Source: Chloroflexota bacterium (GTDB taxonomy: Bacteria; Chloroflexota; Limnocylindria; Limnocylindrales; Limnocylindraceae). From it: a stretch of 64,000 bases of DNA. The stretch is from the NCBI GenBank assembly GCA_041176225.1, contig JBEDDM010000001.1, forward strand, positions 20,405 to 84,404, given 5' to 3'. The notes under the pieces were generated by a model. It worked only from the letters and a program-made list of their open reading frames with translations. It had not been told where the DNA came from and did not search any database. Positions 62,749-64,000 of this stretch are shown piece after piece (within the stretch, counting starts at the first letter, position 1; every line of letters begins with the position of its first letter). A program made the translations under genes and the position numbers.

Positions 62749-63996
62749 TTACTCGCCGCAGGCGTCGGCGTTCAGCGTCCCCATAATCCAACTCCAGCCG
62801 CGGAAGTTCCCCGTGCGCCCAACGTGGAGTGGGTGCGCGCAATCCCAGGCGGCGGCGAAGCTATCCAAGACATCACCCGCATCAAGGCGCGCCCCGTTGT
62901 GGAAGCGCACGTCGCGACGCAGCGCGCACTCCACTACGAGTCCGTCCGCAGTTGCAACACACTCAGTGGCAAGGCGCGGCTCGGCGGCAGTGCCTCCCAC
63001 CGCGTATCCGTAGAGGCCTTCCATCACCTGCGCGCAGATGCGCACCGCTTCGCGATCCTCTTCATCCATGCAGTAGAGCCCAGCAGGCTCGCCACCCTGC
63101 AACCAGGTGAAGGTGTTGCTCCCCTCAACGCTGACTCTGTCAAAGCGCTCCATCGCAACCGGTGACGCAACTAGGCCGCGCACTGCGGCACGCGTCGCAA
63201 TCAGTGATGCACCGTTCGCAATCGGCACCACAGGCACCTGCGTACGAATCTCGCTGTTGATCTGCGTGAAGAGCGCTTCACGCGCTGCAGGGTCTGATTC
63301 GCGTTGCGCCTCATCCAAGAGTGCAACAAGGCGCGGGTACTGATCGCCGTGCGCAGGACCAGAGGTTGAACCGAAGTCAATGCCGAGTGAGTTCCACGCC
63401 TCCGGATAGTCGGGAAGCGCGGCAGAGAACGACGCGCCGCGCAACTCACCAGAGAGCAGCTTCCCAATGTAGCCACCCGCCTCTTGGACATCGAGCGTGA
63501 CGCGGATCCCGACTGCGGCGAGTTGCGCCTGAATATCTGTTGCCACCGCCACAGGATCTGGGAGGAAGGCGCGCGGCGTTTCACGCAGCGAGAGCGTCAG
63601 GTCAATACCGTTCGGATAGCCGGCCTCCGTCAGGAGCGCACGCGCCGTAACAAGATCTTGCGCGTACCAGGCCTCACCAACACAGGCGCCGTCAATGACG
63701 CATGGCGGCACGTGTGTCGCGAGCGTTGTACCAGACGGATAGAAGAGGTCAACGATCCTCTGCCGGTCGAGCGCCTGCGCGATCGCCTGGCGGACGCGCA
63801 CGTCGTTCACCGGCGCATAGCGATTGTTGAAGTTCAGATAGAACGTGTTGAACCCTTCGCGCGTCAGGAGCGCGAGTGATGCGTCAGCAGCGATCGCCGC
63901 TTCATCCGTTGGCGCCGCGTTGTCCGCCGCATCCACTGTCCCTGCGCGCAGCTGCACCAGCCGCGCTGCGGACTCTGGCTCCCACTGGATCACCAC
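62749..63996 (-). CDS. ABC transporter substrate-binding protein, family 5 (peptide/nickel/opine type); N-terminus lies beyond the window end
   Basis: …YLNFNNRYAPVNDVRVRQAIAQALDRQRIVD… is a family 5 SBP signature; the ORF runs off the right edge. Confidence 0.8.
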   Translation of the reverse strand: MVIQWEPESAARLVQLRAGTVDAADNAAPTDEAAIAADASLALLTREGFNTFYLNFNNRYAPVNDVRVRQAIAQALDRQRIVDLFYPSGTTLATHVPPCVIDGACVGEAWYAQDLVTARALLTEAGYPNGIDLTLSLRETPRAFLPDPVAVATDIQAQLAAVGIRVTLDVQEAGGYIGKLLSGELRGASFSAALPDYPEAWNSLGIDFGSTSGPAHGDQYPRLVALLDEAQRESDPAAREALFTQINSEIRTQVPVVPIANGASLIATRAAVRGLVASPVAMERFDRVSVEGSNTFTWLQGGEPAGLYCMDEEDREAVRICAQVMEGLYGYAVGGTAAEPRLATECVATADGLVVECALRRDVRFHNGARLDAGDVLDSFAAAWDCAHPLHVGRTGNFRGWSWIMGTLNADACGE

Positions 63997-64000
63997 ACGC

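Overview
This 64-kb window of high-GC (roughly 60-68%) bacterial chromosome spans the replication-origin neighbourhood. It is densely packed with housekeeping genes; no CRISPR array, integrase, transposase or other mobile element is visible. All protein-family calls are from reading the supplied translations against remembered family motifs, with no database search; coordinates come from the ORF track or hand-counting.

Minus-strand block 1 (about 2.4-9.3 kb): dnaA, an oriC-like DnaA-box cluster, dnaN, recF, a DUF721 gene, an unusual 823-aa membrane protein, a DUF151 nuclease, and a divergent GT2/GT-C glycosyltransferase pair.

Plus-strand block 1 (9.7-13.0 kb): rpmH, rnpA, yidD, yidC, jag/khpB, and a DUF4287-like gene.

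Minus-strand block 2 (13.0-28.9 kb): tmRNA (ssrA, not in the ORF track), smpB, ctpA, ftsX, ftsE, prfB with its programmed +1 frameshift, secA, a small membrane protein, prs, gyrA, gyrB, parB and parA.

Plus-strand block 2 (28.9-51.5 kb), about 29 tightly packed genes: mreD-like, PBP2, rodA, rplU, rpmA, rpmE, a DUF1385 gene, prfA, prmC, a HAD hydrolase, glyA, a WecA-like transferase, atpI-like, atpBEFHAGDC, murA, mreB, a PHP hydrolase and an MprF-like flippase-domain protein.

Accessory-looking end (51.5-64 kb): nfo, a lipoprotein, comF-like, a PF13480-type GNAT, a GT4 glycosyltransferase, a PIG-L deacetylase, and a DedA -> metallophosphoesterase -> MMPL -> lipocalin-like lipoprotein operon.

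Synteny is Terrabacteria-like. The secA-prfB-ftsEX-ctp arrangement resembles Bacillus; the wecA-atp-murA and prfB-ftsEX-smpB-ssrA arrangements resemble actinobacteria. gyrBA, however, is separated from recF.

The most unusual candidates are the 823-aa single-pass membrane protein with a repeat-rich extracytoplasmic domain beside DUF721/recF, and the DedA/MMPL/lipocalin lipid-handling operon next to a GT4/PIG-L/GNAT envelope-modification cluster. Also notable are histone-H1-like Lys/Ala/Pro tails on L21, GyrA and Nfo, and a His-rich tail on ATP synthase subunit a. I did not see a clearly novel defence or mobile system.
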